NCBI RefSeq assembly: GCF_003704095.1
Contig: NW_020844161.1
Coordinates: 1-64,000, forward strand
Reading direction: 5' to 3'
DNA from: Pocillopora damicornis
Lineage: Eukaryota
Length of the DNA: 64,000 bases
Shown here: positions 40,301-52,794 of the stretch, piece after piece
Layout of the letters: each line of letters opens with the position of its first letter
How positions within the stretch are numbered: the first letter of the stretch is position 1
Notes under the pieces: model-generated
What the model saw: only the letters and a program-made list of their open reading frames with translations
Databases searched by the model: none
What the model was told of the DNA's origin: nothing
Translations under genes and position numbers: made by a program

Positions 40301-42324
40301 CACTTGAATACTGGTAGTTTTTTAACAGCGTCGTTGATCTTTTGGAAGGCTTCGTTTCACTCATGAGTCCAGATCCACTAGCATTCCTGCGTGTCAGGCG
40401 GCGCAGTGGCTTTCGCATTTCTGAAAGCTTTTGTAGTAATTTAAAAAGGAACTCCACTAGCCCTATAAATATTTGCACTGCTGGCACATCTTTGTTATCA
40501 AATGCCCAATGAATGACACTACGCTTCATTTGAATTTGAACTTCTCCTTGTTTAGTTTGCTCAATAACGGTCTCGCTTTATTATAACTGAAATTTGTTTA
40601 GTGCTCGAAAATTCTATTTTTGTCCTGCCTATGCACTAATTGTTCCACATTTCCAAGACCTTATCGATCCTACCATAATTTGCCCTGGAGGCCAAGCGTA
40701 AACCAGAGTGGATATCGAGGGCTTCTGTCCCGATACATGTCATGAAAGTCGCCGCTCGATGATCGTTTAGCTACGAGTGTAAATTGAGGGTAAATTCCAT
40801 GTTTGACGCCAATTTTTTTCAATTCTTTTCTAGGTACCACAAGATCTAGCCTCAGAAGAACTCAGACATTAGAAGTGAAGATTTTCTGAGATGTTTGAGG
40901 CTTGGAACTGATGCGCTACTGCTGCTATCTGCTTGCGACGTCATATTTGTCAAGGTTCTCTGGCCGTGTCTCGGTCCAAAGTCAGCTTAACCTCGACCAA
41001 AAAACAGGTTAAAAGCTGCTATATGTCTTGCTGAGAGTTTCCTATGCCACACGTAGCGTTACCGGCCCGAAATATCAGAAAAGACAAGGTAAACAGAACT
41101 TTGAACAGGTTTGATAGCCTACCTGCTCCAAAGCACATAGTCCTACTAGGCTACGATACCTTGCAGCACAGTCCTACCACTACAAGACCCTTTTACAATT
41201 TGGGAAGGAAAACAATGCAACAGCCACAATTTTACGCAAGTGGGCGTTCATACTCAGCATTGGATGTGTTCTTGTGATAGTATTTAACAAAAATTATTTT
41301 CGGATTCTCTTTAATTGAAACTTGCGATCGGTATCCACACCTGATTACAAACAGTTATAACGTAAATGACGAAAATATGTGACCAGTGGGTATATAGCTT
41401 CGCATAATTACTATTCTAGCATAAATAGCGTTGACCTTGTTTACACAAATAGTAGTTTTATTGTAGAAATGAACCTTGCAACCCGTATTCAAATCCGATG
41501 ATCACATCATCTGGATCAAATGCACTGTGAATGGGACTTAGAGTTTTCTTGTTGTCCCCCAGACCTCGTGGACTAATCGAAAATAGGCACATTCCATGCG
41601 CTTTATTTCGTACGCTAAGTACTACAGACTTAACCAATGAGCGTATTTGACCTTCAGAGCCTTAAAAACCGGACACATTAAGAGAAACTTTGAACGCAAA
41701 AAGACGCAACTCGGATGCTAGGATAAATTAGTAACCTGCGTACTTAAAATGTGACCAGACTTTGCTTTGATTTGTAACATATGGTGGCTCAAGACTTTGT
41801 AATGTTGCATCATTGATGTTCTTTTTTATCTTCCCTCGTAACTTACAAACTCCTTATTGTCAGCAGATTTCAAATCAAGAACGAATGAACGACACAACGA
41901 GACGCACGGAAAAAGAAAGGCCTCTAGTGGCCATTCCCTTCCTCCACTGCCCTCTTTTCCCACCTCGATGCTCTAAAGGGAATCAGGCCGAGAAGTGCAC
42001 GAATGGAAGACTATATCGTAATTATTAAAGATTAATTTGATATTAGTTTAAATAACTACCAAGTAATTGAAAACTGCATTCTTCCTGTATGTAAGATAGA
42101 TTCCAAACTTAACTTTTTATATCGCGGGCTGACGGGTATATTAAGACTGATCTATCACGCAATAATACAAATTTGTAACTTTGGCGACAAAGCCTGATTA
42201 TTGTTATACTTTAAATGCTTACAGCTGTTCCTAATATTATCTGTTTATGTCTTCTTGTCTTTCTTTACAAAGTCATTAGGCCTGGAGTAAAACTTTTGAA
42301 AATACTCTTTACCCTTTTACTTAC

Positions 42325-42396
42325 AGGTTTATTAGGTTGATATTGTTATTGAATATGTCTTTTGGCAAGTCCTCCAACTGGTTGTTGTCCAAGAAC
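42325..42396 (-). CDS. 72-nt single-LRR exon FLDNNQLEDLPKDIFNNNINLIN(L) (D-type)
   Basis: gctgatag|...|gtaagt, phase 2-2; paralog of 52723-52794. Confidence 0.9.
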
Positions 42397-43994
42397 CTAT
42401 CAGCAAATGACGACAGTTAGTGTAGGTAACAAGTATTCAGCTGCTTTATCAATCTAAATGCATTATAATTATCATCAATACTCTATATATATATATATCA
42501 ATACTTTTGGTGGATAGGTGAGGACAAGGCACATTCTTTTGTTTTGGTAAGGAATAACATCAAAGGTAATTGTTCACAATGGAATAAAGAGACTGTATTG
42601 AATGAAGCTGGTTCTCCAGAGCATTTGGAATGAAAAAACCAGAGGATATTTGACCACGAAATCTCTGCAAAAAATTCCCTCAGGCTCAATTTTGTTAACC
42701 TTTCTAACCCTGTTAATAGCCAGTCAGCCCTCACAAATTAAAGAAACTTCACGGAAAAAAAGCTCCGGAAAAGGACGTGTAGCATCTTGTTTTCTATTAA
42801 GTGTGGTCGCTTCGTAGGTTTAAAGCTGCTCGTATCCCAAAGTCTACTTGATCAGAAATATTATCGATGGTGGGCCTGAACCTATTAAGCAAACATTAAA
42901 AAAGAAACCTTGAAAGTCTTCAAGTGAGTAAACTGTAGTGATGAGCGTATATAGGTATCTTTACTAATTTAGCCCTAAGCCCTCACAAAAACAAAAGACG
43001 TTTTAAAAACACAAGAAAACCAGACGCAAAAAACCAGAGAGAACATGGTAATCACAGCTTTGATCAGGTTTCATGGCCTAACAGCTCAAAAGGACAAGGT
43101 CTACTTGGTCACGTGACCCCACAGCACATGCTTACTATTACTTCTCTATTCTCTCGGAAAGTGGCAAAAAAAACCACAATATTAGCACTTTTGAGGTAGC
43201 TTGAGTTCAAGAACTAACTGTGAACGTTTCGCACGAGTAAAGTTAGGTTCTGTGTGTTCAATTTCTTCTTTTTTGGACTTTGGATGGTCTACAGTCAGCC
43301 ATTCCATTATTATTATGCATAGTCCTGCAAGTTGATGGCTTTGACAACTGTCCAGATTTAGTGTTTCGGGCCTCCACTACTTGGGGCTCGTCAGGCGTTA
43401 CAGACAGAGATTGGGCCTTGCTTGGTATTGCCACTGTAGGTTTGTCTAGCTCTTTAGGTAATATTTGAGCTTTTTCTTAACGGAGGTGCTTGAGGCTCTT
43501 CTGGAGTAGCTCGGATGGATTGCCTCTAGGACATCATCTTTTGTAACAAGGAAGCCTTCTAGGATTGTGTCTTTCAAGCTCTGAACGTTGGGGAACAAGT
43601 CGTCTCTCTTTTTCTGGATTTCCTTGAGTTAGTGGTATGGAACAGGAAGGAAGTGACTGGCATTAATGGATTCGACCTCCGCTTCTGCGGGGGAACGCTC
43701 ACAGTCCTCTATGTAGGCTGTTGACAAAGTGTTGGCTGTCAGCGCACCTTTCCTAGGCTTGTAGCATATTTCGTGGTCATACTGCTGAAGTCGCCACAAA
43801 AGGGTGCTCTAGCCTTGGGAGCTGATGCTTGGGGCTCATGAATGAAAAAGACCAGGGGCTTTTGATCAGTCCTCAGGATGACTTTCTTAGCTAACACATA
43901 TTGCTGGTTACGCTCCATACCAAGGACCGGGGAAAGAAAATTGCTTCTCGATTTGTGAGTACATCCGCTCTGCCATCGGGAGCGCTCTATTTAT

Positions 43995-45361
43995 AGATCG
44001 TTTTCACGTGACGTCACAGAATTAATTTCCGCCATGTTGATGCACATCTAAGTCTCGTGTTTCAGTCATTACTATATGCAAACACGGTCCAAATTTATAG
44101 TTCCGAAATTCGAAAAAAATTAGATAAATGGCGTCTACCAAAAAAATTGCTATTCCTTCGTCTGATCCAGACCATGCCGTCCAAATTTCACTGTTTGATT
44201 ACGTTAAAAAACTGGGTGTAAAAGTTGGAGAGCATTATCTAAAGAAGATCTCGACTATCGGAATCGATCCTGTTTTGATAGGTGGGAAACACTTCGAGCC
44301 TGGCTGCTTACCGCCGGTGGAATCGACTCATTTGCTCTGCTGTTTTGATTTCAAGATTAGCTATTATACGCAAAAAAGTCTTCCGCAGTCTGTAGGCCTA
44401 CAATCAAATCTGGAATATTACCGCGAAGGATGGGACAATACACTGCGCTCATTGTTTGGGATGCGGGGCAGGCCTCGCCGAATCATGTTCGCTCGTAGCT
44501 TGTGTGCTATTTTACCTTGAGGCCTGAACAAAGGTCAGTGGAGGGCTTTCCTGTACGCAAATTAAGTGCCCTTTGATACTTCCCAGTTCCGCAAACAAGG
44601 TGGAATACTCTCGTGTCCGCAATATTAATTTTAAATCCGCTAAAAAAATGAAAGTCGACGTCGATGAAACGATGGAGAATCTCAATGAGGGACTTCAGGT
44701 TTCTAAGAACTCGGAAGTCTTCTCTGCAAGCCGCGTTCAATAACCGGAGGTGCCAGCGCCGACGCAAGCGAAAATAGAAAACTTTTATTTTGACCTCAGC
44801 TAATGCAAAACAAAGCCTGTATTGCTGAGCTTGGTGCCCACTACTGATTCGACATAAAAGGAAATGTCAATAACCTTTACTCCTGGTTCATCAATTATTT
44901 GTTTTTTAGACTCGATTTCTTCCCATAGCTGCCTTTCACGTTCTCCTGCAACACGTTTCAGCTCACGATCTCTGGCTCTCTCGCAGTCTCGCTTGGCGGC
45001 AGCTTCAAGGTTGGCTTGAAGCTTTTCGACAGAGCCACATTTCTGATGACCTAGATTTTGGGTCGGAATCAAATCTGGATCGTAACGATTCCACAGTTTA
45101 GCCGCTTTTCCGGAGATAAAATGTTTACCACAGACCTGGTCGTGGAAAGTCTCCGTACTTCTTCTAGTCGACTAGTAATGATTGAAGGTATTCTTGCCAT
45201 ATTAATTCCTTTATCACGACCACTTCAGCTCCCACAGCTAAAAATCGCGCATAAAACCATTTTTTATCATAAACACAACTTCTGGTCATATGTTTACAGG
45301 CAAGTGATGTGTACCAATATGGCGGCTAATTAAAATGAGATCACGTGACTGAAAACGATCC
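43995..45361. mobile_element. Internally deleted ISL2EU-like DNA transposon (THAP relic on minus, SWIM/YqaJ-type N-terminus on plus)
   Basis: TIRs agatcgttttca / tgaaaacgatcc; AT target duplication at 43993-43994 and 45362-45363; empty site ttatagatg at ~25450. THAP: MVLCAIFSC.. (start 45260) and GKHFISGKAAKLW..PDLIPTQNLGH. Plus ORF 44128: KISTIGIDP..LPPVES..SYYT. Confidence 0.8.
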
Positions 45362-47399
45362 ATAGATGTCACTGGTTTACCATGCTGCATCTAAACAAAG
45401 CCAAGCGCGTCCTTGGACGCATCTCCTAGGTTCTCTGTTAGATCAATCTCGCTGAAGTACTTGAGTACTGGTGCTTTAGAAACAGCATCTTTGATCTCTT
45501 CGAAGGCATTCTTCTGCTCGTGAGTCAAGATCCACTCGCATTCTTGTGAGTCAGGCGGCGTAGTGGCTCTCACATTCCTAAAAGGTTTTGTAGGAATTTA
45601 AAAAGTTATTTCACTAGCACTAACAATCTCTGCACTGCTGATACATCTGTTGGTCGCTCCATCTTGATTGTTGCGTCCGATTTCCTTTGATCTGCCTTAA
45701 TTCCATTCTTCATCATCACATGTTCAATGAATGGCACTTTTGCTTTGCAACTTCTCCTTGTTCAGTTTGATCTGTTTTGATCAACGACAGTCTTGCTCTA
45801 TTAAGACTGAAATTTGTTTAGCGCTCGAAAATTGTGTTCGTCCTGCCTGGCAGTAATTATTCCACATTTGTAAGACTTTATCCATCCTAACTTTCTTTTT
45901 CTTGCAGACAGAGGGTAAACCAGGATGGATATCGAGGACTTTTTACCCGATACATGCAAGGAAAGACGCTACTTGATGGCCGTCCAGCTTCGAATGTAAA
46001 TCGATCATAAATTCCATGTTTGAAGTTATTTATTCCAATATTTTTTTAGATTTCCACGAACATTCAGCCTCGGAAGAACTGGAAGTGAATATTTGCTCCG
46101 GTGTTTGTGGCTTGGAATGACGCGCTGCTGCTGCTATCTGCTTGGGACGTCATATTTGTTTAGGTATTCAATTTAAATTCGACTAAAACGCAGGTTAAAA
46201 GCTGCTATATAACTTGCAGAGAGTTTCCCATACCATCATGTAGCGCTAGTGGCCCGAATTATCAGAAAAGACAGGGTAAACAGAACTTTGAACAGGTTTG
46301 ATGGCCTACCAGCTTCAAAGCACAAGCAAGATACCTCGCAGCTCAGTCCTAGCGTTACAAGACCCCCTTACCATTTGGAAGGAAAAAAACATAACACGCA
46401 TAATTTTATGCTAGTCAAGGTCCACTGGATGTTTTTCTGTGACAGTCTATCGCAGAAAACCCTTTTCGGATTTTCTCCAATTGAGAAATTGAAACTTATA
46501 GGCGGTATGCACATCTGATTACAGGCAGTTATATTAAAAATGACGAAAATATATGACTAATGGGTATACCATTCGACAGCTTCGCATAATTAGAATTCTA
46601 GCATAAATGACGTTGACCTTGTTGTACATAGATTGTCGTTTTATCGTAGAATTGAAACATGCAACCCGCACTCAAAACCTCTGGATCAAATGCACAGTGA
46701 AAATGGGGCTCTCAGAAGACTGAGAGTACGAAAGGTTTCACTAGTGAGTACTTTTGACTTTCAGAGCCTTAAAAGCCGGTCACATTGACACACCTTTTTG
46801 ATGCAGTAAGGTGATACTCGAATAGATGAGTAACCTGCGCACCTAAAATGTGACCAGACTTTGCTTTTATTTGTTACATAGTGGCTGGAGACTATGTAAT
46901 GTTGCTTCAATGATGGTGTTTTGTTCATTTTTCAGCATAACTGACGAACTTATTCTTGTCAGCAGATTCAAAATCAAGTTCGATTGAACGAGACAACGAG
47001 ACGCCTTTTCCCTTGGGTAGGAAACCTGCCTCTACTGGCCGATGATTAGGGAAATTTCTAGTTCAAAGCACCAAACTCAGAACATACTAACTTCGAAATA
47101 CAGTTCACAGGTTTTCTTTGATAATTTGTATGGCGAGCAAAATTTAAAGATATGTAAATGGAAATGTATGCAGTGTAACACAGTGGTAAGAAGGTGGCGT
47201 CCATAGGTGCATTTGACTCACAGCCCTACCGCATTTCACTTGCAGAGGAAATAAATTCCATGTTCACGAAAATATAAAATTCCTCATTCGTAGCTGATTT
47301 CATTTGGAGCTGTGACACATTGCTCGTATCTGCTGGTATTTTTTAATGCGCGATAGATTTGACGCTTTTTTTACACAAGTAAGACAGACTCTAACTTAC

Positions 47400-47471
47400 A
47401 GCCATTGCAGCTGCGCGTTGTTACCGAAAATTCCCGATGGTAATTTCTTCAACTGGTTGTTGTTCATTTTC
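47400..47471 (-). CDS. 72-nt single-LRR exon KMNNNQLKKLPSGIFGNNAQLQW(L) (S-type)
   Basis: cttttggtag|...|gtaagt, phase 2-2. Confidence 0.9.
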
Positions 47472-48659
47472 CTACCAAAAGTAACAGAAAGAGGTGTTGT
47501 TTACAATGTGCTTTTTAGCATGGTGCGGGCATTGTGTATGCTCGAAAATGTTTGTTAATGTAATCATCTGTTAGCAAAGTCATCTTGTCCAAGAATCGAT
47601 GTCTTCCTTTCGAGTTTACACATAGAGAAATAGTTAGCACTACGATTTATAATCTGGTACAAAACTGATCGAGGCTCCTTGGATTTTTTTTTTGTTAAGC
47701 AGTGAAAACAACTAATTACCCTCCCATTACCCATTGTCGTAATACGTAAGGTTTAACATTACACACTGTTATTGAGAATAATGTTCATTAGAAGCCAAAG
47801 GACATTGATCGCAGGAAGGGGGAGGTTAAGATACCAAAATGTGTGTATAGTTTTGTTTAGATCTAATTACACAGTATCTTCACTTGTACTGGCACAAATG
47901 ATAGTCTTGGAGATAAATCTTTTAGATTGTTGTCGTTTAGACCTCTAACATAAAAAAAAATCAAGGTGTTGATTAAGTGAAAACGTCTACATGTAAATGT
48001 CATTATTTGTCAAATTGTTAAGCATTTTCACTAACTGAAACAAGAATCTTACTGAAACTCTTACAAACTTTTTTTTTACATAATAATAGTTGAAAATCTT
48101 TATCCACGTAATTGCCACGAGAGGAAAGCCCGTGAAAAGTGAGGTGTGTAAGGTTCGAAATCAAATTTCCTCAGCAAATTAAGGGAACGTGGAAAAAGTC
48201 TGCCTTGCAAAAACAATGAACAATGTATGTCACGATTGACGAAGGACTGTTGTCGGTCGCGGCGGACTGTTGTAGAAAAGAGAGATGGTGAAATATTTTT
48301 CAATCACCCAAAGCCAAATATTTGCCACCTCACCTATTTGTCGACCGAACACCAACAGATTGCAGCACTGTTATTTGTACGGAAGTATCTTTTTTAGTGA
48401 AAATTGTTTTGTATAAGGTGTTGATAAAACTTTCCTCAGTACTGTCCGGTCATATCTGTTTTGATATAATCCTGCGCCAGGCAAAAACATTTAAATGTTA
48501 TAGCATAACAAGCTTCATTAGGTTTAAAGATGCGCTCGTTTTGTATTCCAAAATGAAGTCATTTCGCCGTACTAGGGCACTGGAAAGCAAAAATGTGAAC
48601 AAGCACTGGAGATTTTGCACTCTCCAGTGGCCTTGTAGATCCTGGATGTAGAGAAGTGT

Positions 48660-49030
48660 CCATAGAAATTAAGTCCAGCGATATTTTAAGCCGAAGGTGA
48701 AAGCGGCGTAACATGTCTTTGGCTGTATCTTATGGAACCCTGCCAATTGAACTATTTCACTGACCAAATCAGACACCTTCTCACTGACGATTCCTTCAGA
48801 TACCTTCGTGAGCCTATTGCTGCTCTTAGATGGTTCTTCTCTCCCATTGTTATACGAATGTCCGTTTCCTAAAATACTTCTTTCACACTTTCTTTCATGT
48901 TTGGTTTGCGATAAACCATCGCTTCTTTTTGTTTGAGAAGTGGCCAAAATCTGAACCCAGGGTACTCAACATGTCTCACCATCTCTTGATATTTATTGTA
49001 AAGCCTGCCCCACCCGCATCATCGACGAAC
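48660..49030 (-). mobile_element. Non-LTR RT fragment (CRE-like); further copy at ~37820-37980
   Basis: FVDDAGGAG catalytic-like motif at ~49005-49030; downstream EKVSDLVSEIVQLAGF..QPKTCYAAFTFGLKYRWT. Confidence 0.55.
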
Positions 49031-51924
49031 GAGCGCTGCTCAGTGACAGGATCTCTTTATCGCCAGTAATAAGTTAATAATTGTCTCTACGTCTTAGTCA
49101 CAAACGTAAGTATGATGTTTCCTTCTGTTTTTATTGTTTTTGTTATCGTTCCTGTGAGCATCACCAGGCGCATGTAAAAGCCGAGTTAGCATCCCTCTAA
49201 TGTAGTTTCTCTTTGATTTCGATTGGCCTTTTTCGAGTGACGTTTTTGACTCTCAATCCTTGGCCTAAGCGACCGATATGTGAGTACCTTGGTTATTTTG
49301 TTCAGATTCCGTTTTATAGTTATGGGCAACTAACTAAATTACCTGCTCTGTTTTGGGCTTGTCCCAGCGAAATGAAAACAGACAATGGGAATTTTAAAAT
49401 GCCGCCAATTTGCTTCGAAAGTTGTGTTATGGAAATATTGTTGTTCCCATGCCTTTCCGCGCGTAAAATTTCTCTCTTGTTATAAGCATCTGCACTCATT
49501 TCGCCTCTGTGTCTCCAGTGTGTTCATTTGAACATGCGCGAATGAAAAGCTATGTTTAGATTTATACTGCCAGGTATAGTCATGGCATCAAATTTATATC
49601 CTGTTTGAAATAATTTGTCTAGGACTTCAGAGGAGATGATCAAAATCGAACCGGCGTGTTTGTCTTCTTTTCAGGATTTATGAAGCATAATTTGTATGCT
49701 CAATAGTCACTGATATATTCTCTGTGGTTTTGAACTCCCAAGCGGTGGATAGGTGAGGAATAACACCAAAGAGAGTGGTCCAGAATGGAACGAGGAAACT
49801 GTATTAAGAAGTAACTTATCGGAAAAAAAATGTAGGAATTGGTATGAATACTTTCACCTCTAGTTCTGAAGGAAAACGCTGACAGTCCTTTATGAAAGCT
49901 CTTGAGAGAGTGTTCGCTGTTAGCATATCTTTCTTAGGCTTGTAGCGTATCTCGAGGTCATACAGCTGAAGTCGCGACAAAAGGATGCTCTAGCCTCTTG
50001 GGAGCTGATCCCTTAGGCTTCTGCTTAAATAACATCTGGGGCTTTCGATCAGCCCGCAGGATGACTTTAACAGGCGAACAAATGGTGGCTACGCTACGTG
50101 CCAAGGACCAGGACCAAAATTCATTTCCGATCTGCGAGTACTTCCCCTCTGCCAACCGGATCGGCCCACTTCTACATGTCACTGGTTGACCATGCAGCAT
50201 CAGTACAAAGGCAAGCGCATCCTTGGACGCTTCTCCTGGGTTCTCAGTTAGGTCACTCTCGCTGAAGTACTTGAGTACTGGTGCTATGGAAACAGTGTCT
50301 TTAATCTTTTCGAAAACATCTTTTCTGCTCATGAGTCCAGATCCACCAGCAATATTACGAGTCAGGCGGCGCATTAACTCTCACTTTTGTGAAATTGATC
50401 AGGGCTTTTTGATCGGTCCGCAGGATGACTTTCCTACCGAACACATTTTGGTGGTTATGCTCCATGCCAAAACCTAGGACCAAAAATTACTTCTCGACCC
50501 GGGAATACTTCCTCTCTGCCAACGGAAGCGCCCCACTTCCAGATATAACTGGCTGACCATGGTGCATCAGTAAAAAGCCAAGCCCGTCCTTGGGCGTATC
50601 TCCTTGGCCCTCTGTTGGTCCACTCTCGCTGAAGTACTTAAGTACCGGTGGTTTTTTAACAGCGTCGTTGATCTTTTGAAAGGCTTCGTTTCACTCATGA
50701 ATCCAGATCCACCAGCATTCCTGCGTGTCAGGCGGCGTAGTGACTCTCGCATTTCTAAAAGCTTTTGTAGGAATTTAGAAAGGAACTCCACAGGCCCTAT
50801 AAATCTTTGCACTACTGGCACATCTTTATTATCATATGTCCAAGGAATGGCACTTCGCTTCATTTGAATTTGAACTTCTCCTTTTTTTAGTTTGCTCAAT
50901 AACAGTCTGGCTCCATTATGACTAAAATTTGTTTAGTGCTTGAAAATTCTATTTTTGTCCCGCCTACGCAGCAACTGTTCCACATTTCGAAGACTATATC
51001 GATCCTACCATTATTTTCCCGAGAGGCAAAGGGTAAACCAGAGCGGAGATCAAGGGGTTCTTGTCCCGATGTATATCACGAAAGTTGGCAATCGATAGTC
51101 GTCCAACTACGAGTGTAAATTGAGGGTAAATTCCATGTTTGAAGCCAATTTTTCCAATTCTATTCTAGATACCACCAAGATCTAGCCTCGGAAGAACTTG
51201 GACATTAGAGATGAAGATTTTCTGCGGTGTTCAAGACGTGGAACTAATGCGCTGCTGCTGCTATTTGCCTGTGACGTCATATTTCTCAAGGTTCTGCCGC
51301 CGTGTCTCGGTCCAAAACACAGGTTAAAAGCTGCTATATGTCTTGCTGAGAGCTTCCCATGCCACCGCGTAACGTTACCGGCCCAAAATATCAGAAAAGA
51401 CAGGATAAACAGAACTTTGAACAGGTTTGATAGCCTATCTGCTCCAAAGCAAATGATTCTACTAGGCCACGATACCTCGCAGCACAGTCCTACTTTTACA
51501 AGATCCTCTTACAATTTGGGAAGGAAAATAATCCAACAGCCACAATTTCATGCAAGTGGAGGTTCATACTCAGCATTGGATGTTTTCTTGTGATAGTATA
51601 TGACAAAAATCATTTTCGGATTTTCTTTAATTGAAACTTGCGATCGGTATCCAAACGGTATTACAAACAGTTATAATGTAAATGACAAAAATATGTGACT
51701 AGTGGGTATACCACTCGACAGCTTCGCATAAATACCATTCTAGCATAAATAGCGTTGACCTTGTTTTATATAAATTGTAGTTTTATCGTAGAATTGAACC
51801 TTGCAACCCGTATTCAAATCCGATGATCACATCCTCTGGATCAAATGCTCAGTGAATGGGACTCCTAGAGAGCCTTATTGAGAGAATCCAATAAACGATA
51901 TCGTTCCTGAGTTTTCTTGTTCTC

Positions 51925-51925
<1 letters not shown>

Positions 51926-51956
<31 letters not shown>
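51926..51956. repeat. C31 homopolymer
   Basis: Direct observation; the paralogous position at ~41555 has only C5. Confidence 0.9.
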
Positions 51957-51957
<1 letters not shown>

Positions 51958-52722
51958 ATCGAAAAGAAGCACCTTGAATGCGCTTTATTTCGAACGTTAA
52001 GTACTACAAGTTTAACCGGTGAGTGTATTTGACCTTCAGAGCCTTAAAAACCGGAGAGAAATTTTAAGAGTAATTTTGGACGCAAAAAGATGCAACTCGG
52101 ATGCCAGGATAAATTAGTAACCTACGTACTTAAAATGTTACCAGACTTTGCTTTGATTTGTCTCAGAATGGCTCAAGACTTTGTAATGTTGCATCATTGA
52201 TGGTCTTTTTTTAATCTTCCCTCGTAACTTACGAACTCTTCCTTGTCAGCAGACTTCAAATCAAGCGCGATTGAACGACACAACGAGACGCACTTCCCTT
52301 TGGGTGGGAAAAAGAAAGGCCTCTAATGGCCATTCCTTTCCTCCATCCCCTCTTTTCCCACCTCGACGCTCTAAAGGGAATCAGGCCGAGAAGTGCACGA
52401 ATGGATCACTTTACCTTATTTATTAAGGATTAATCTGATGTTAGGGTAAATAATCACCAAGTAATTGAAAACTACATTCTTCCTGTATGTAAGACAGATT
52501 CCAAGTTTAGCTTTTTATATCGGAGGCTGACGAGTATATTAAGACTGATCTATCACACAAAAATACAAATTTATAACTTTGGCGACAAAGTCTAATTATT
52601 GTTATACTTTAAATGCTTACAGCTGTTCCTAATATTATCTGTTTATGTCTTCTTGTCTTTCTTTACAAAGTCATTAGGCCTGGAGTAAAACTTTTGAAAA
52701 TACTCTTTACCCTTTTACTTAC

Positions 52723-52794
52723 AGTTGTCTTAGGTTGATGTTGTTATTGAATATGTCTTTTGGCAAGTCCTCTAACTGGTTGTTATCCAGCTGC
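52723..52794 (-). CDS. 72-nt single-LRR exon QLDNNQLEDLPKDIFNNNINLRQ(L) (D-type)
   Basis: gttgacag|...|gtaagt, phase 2-2. Confidence 0.9.

Noticed and set aside
51926-51956. C31 tract as a functional G-quadruplex
   Set aside because: Absent from the paralogous unit, and homopolymer length is unreliable in draft sequence.
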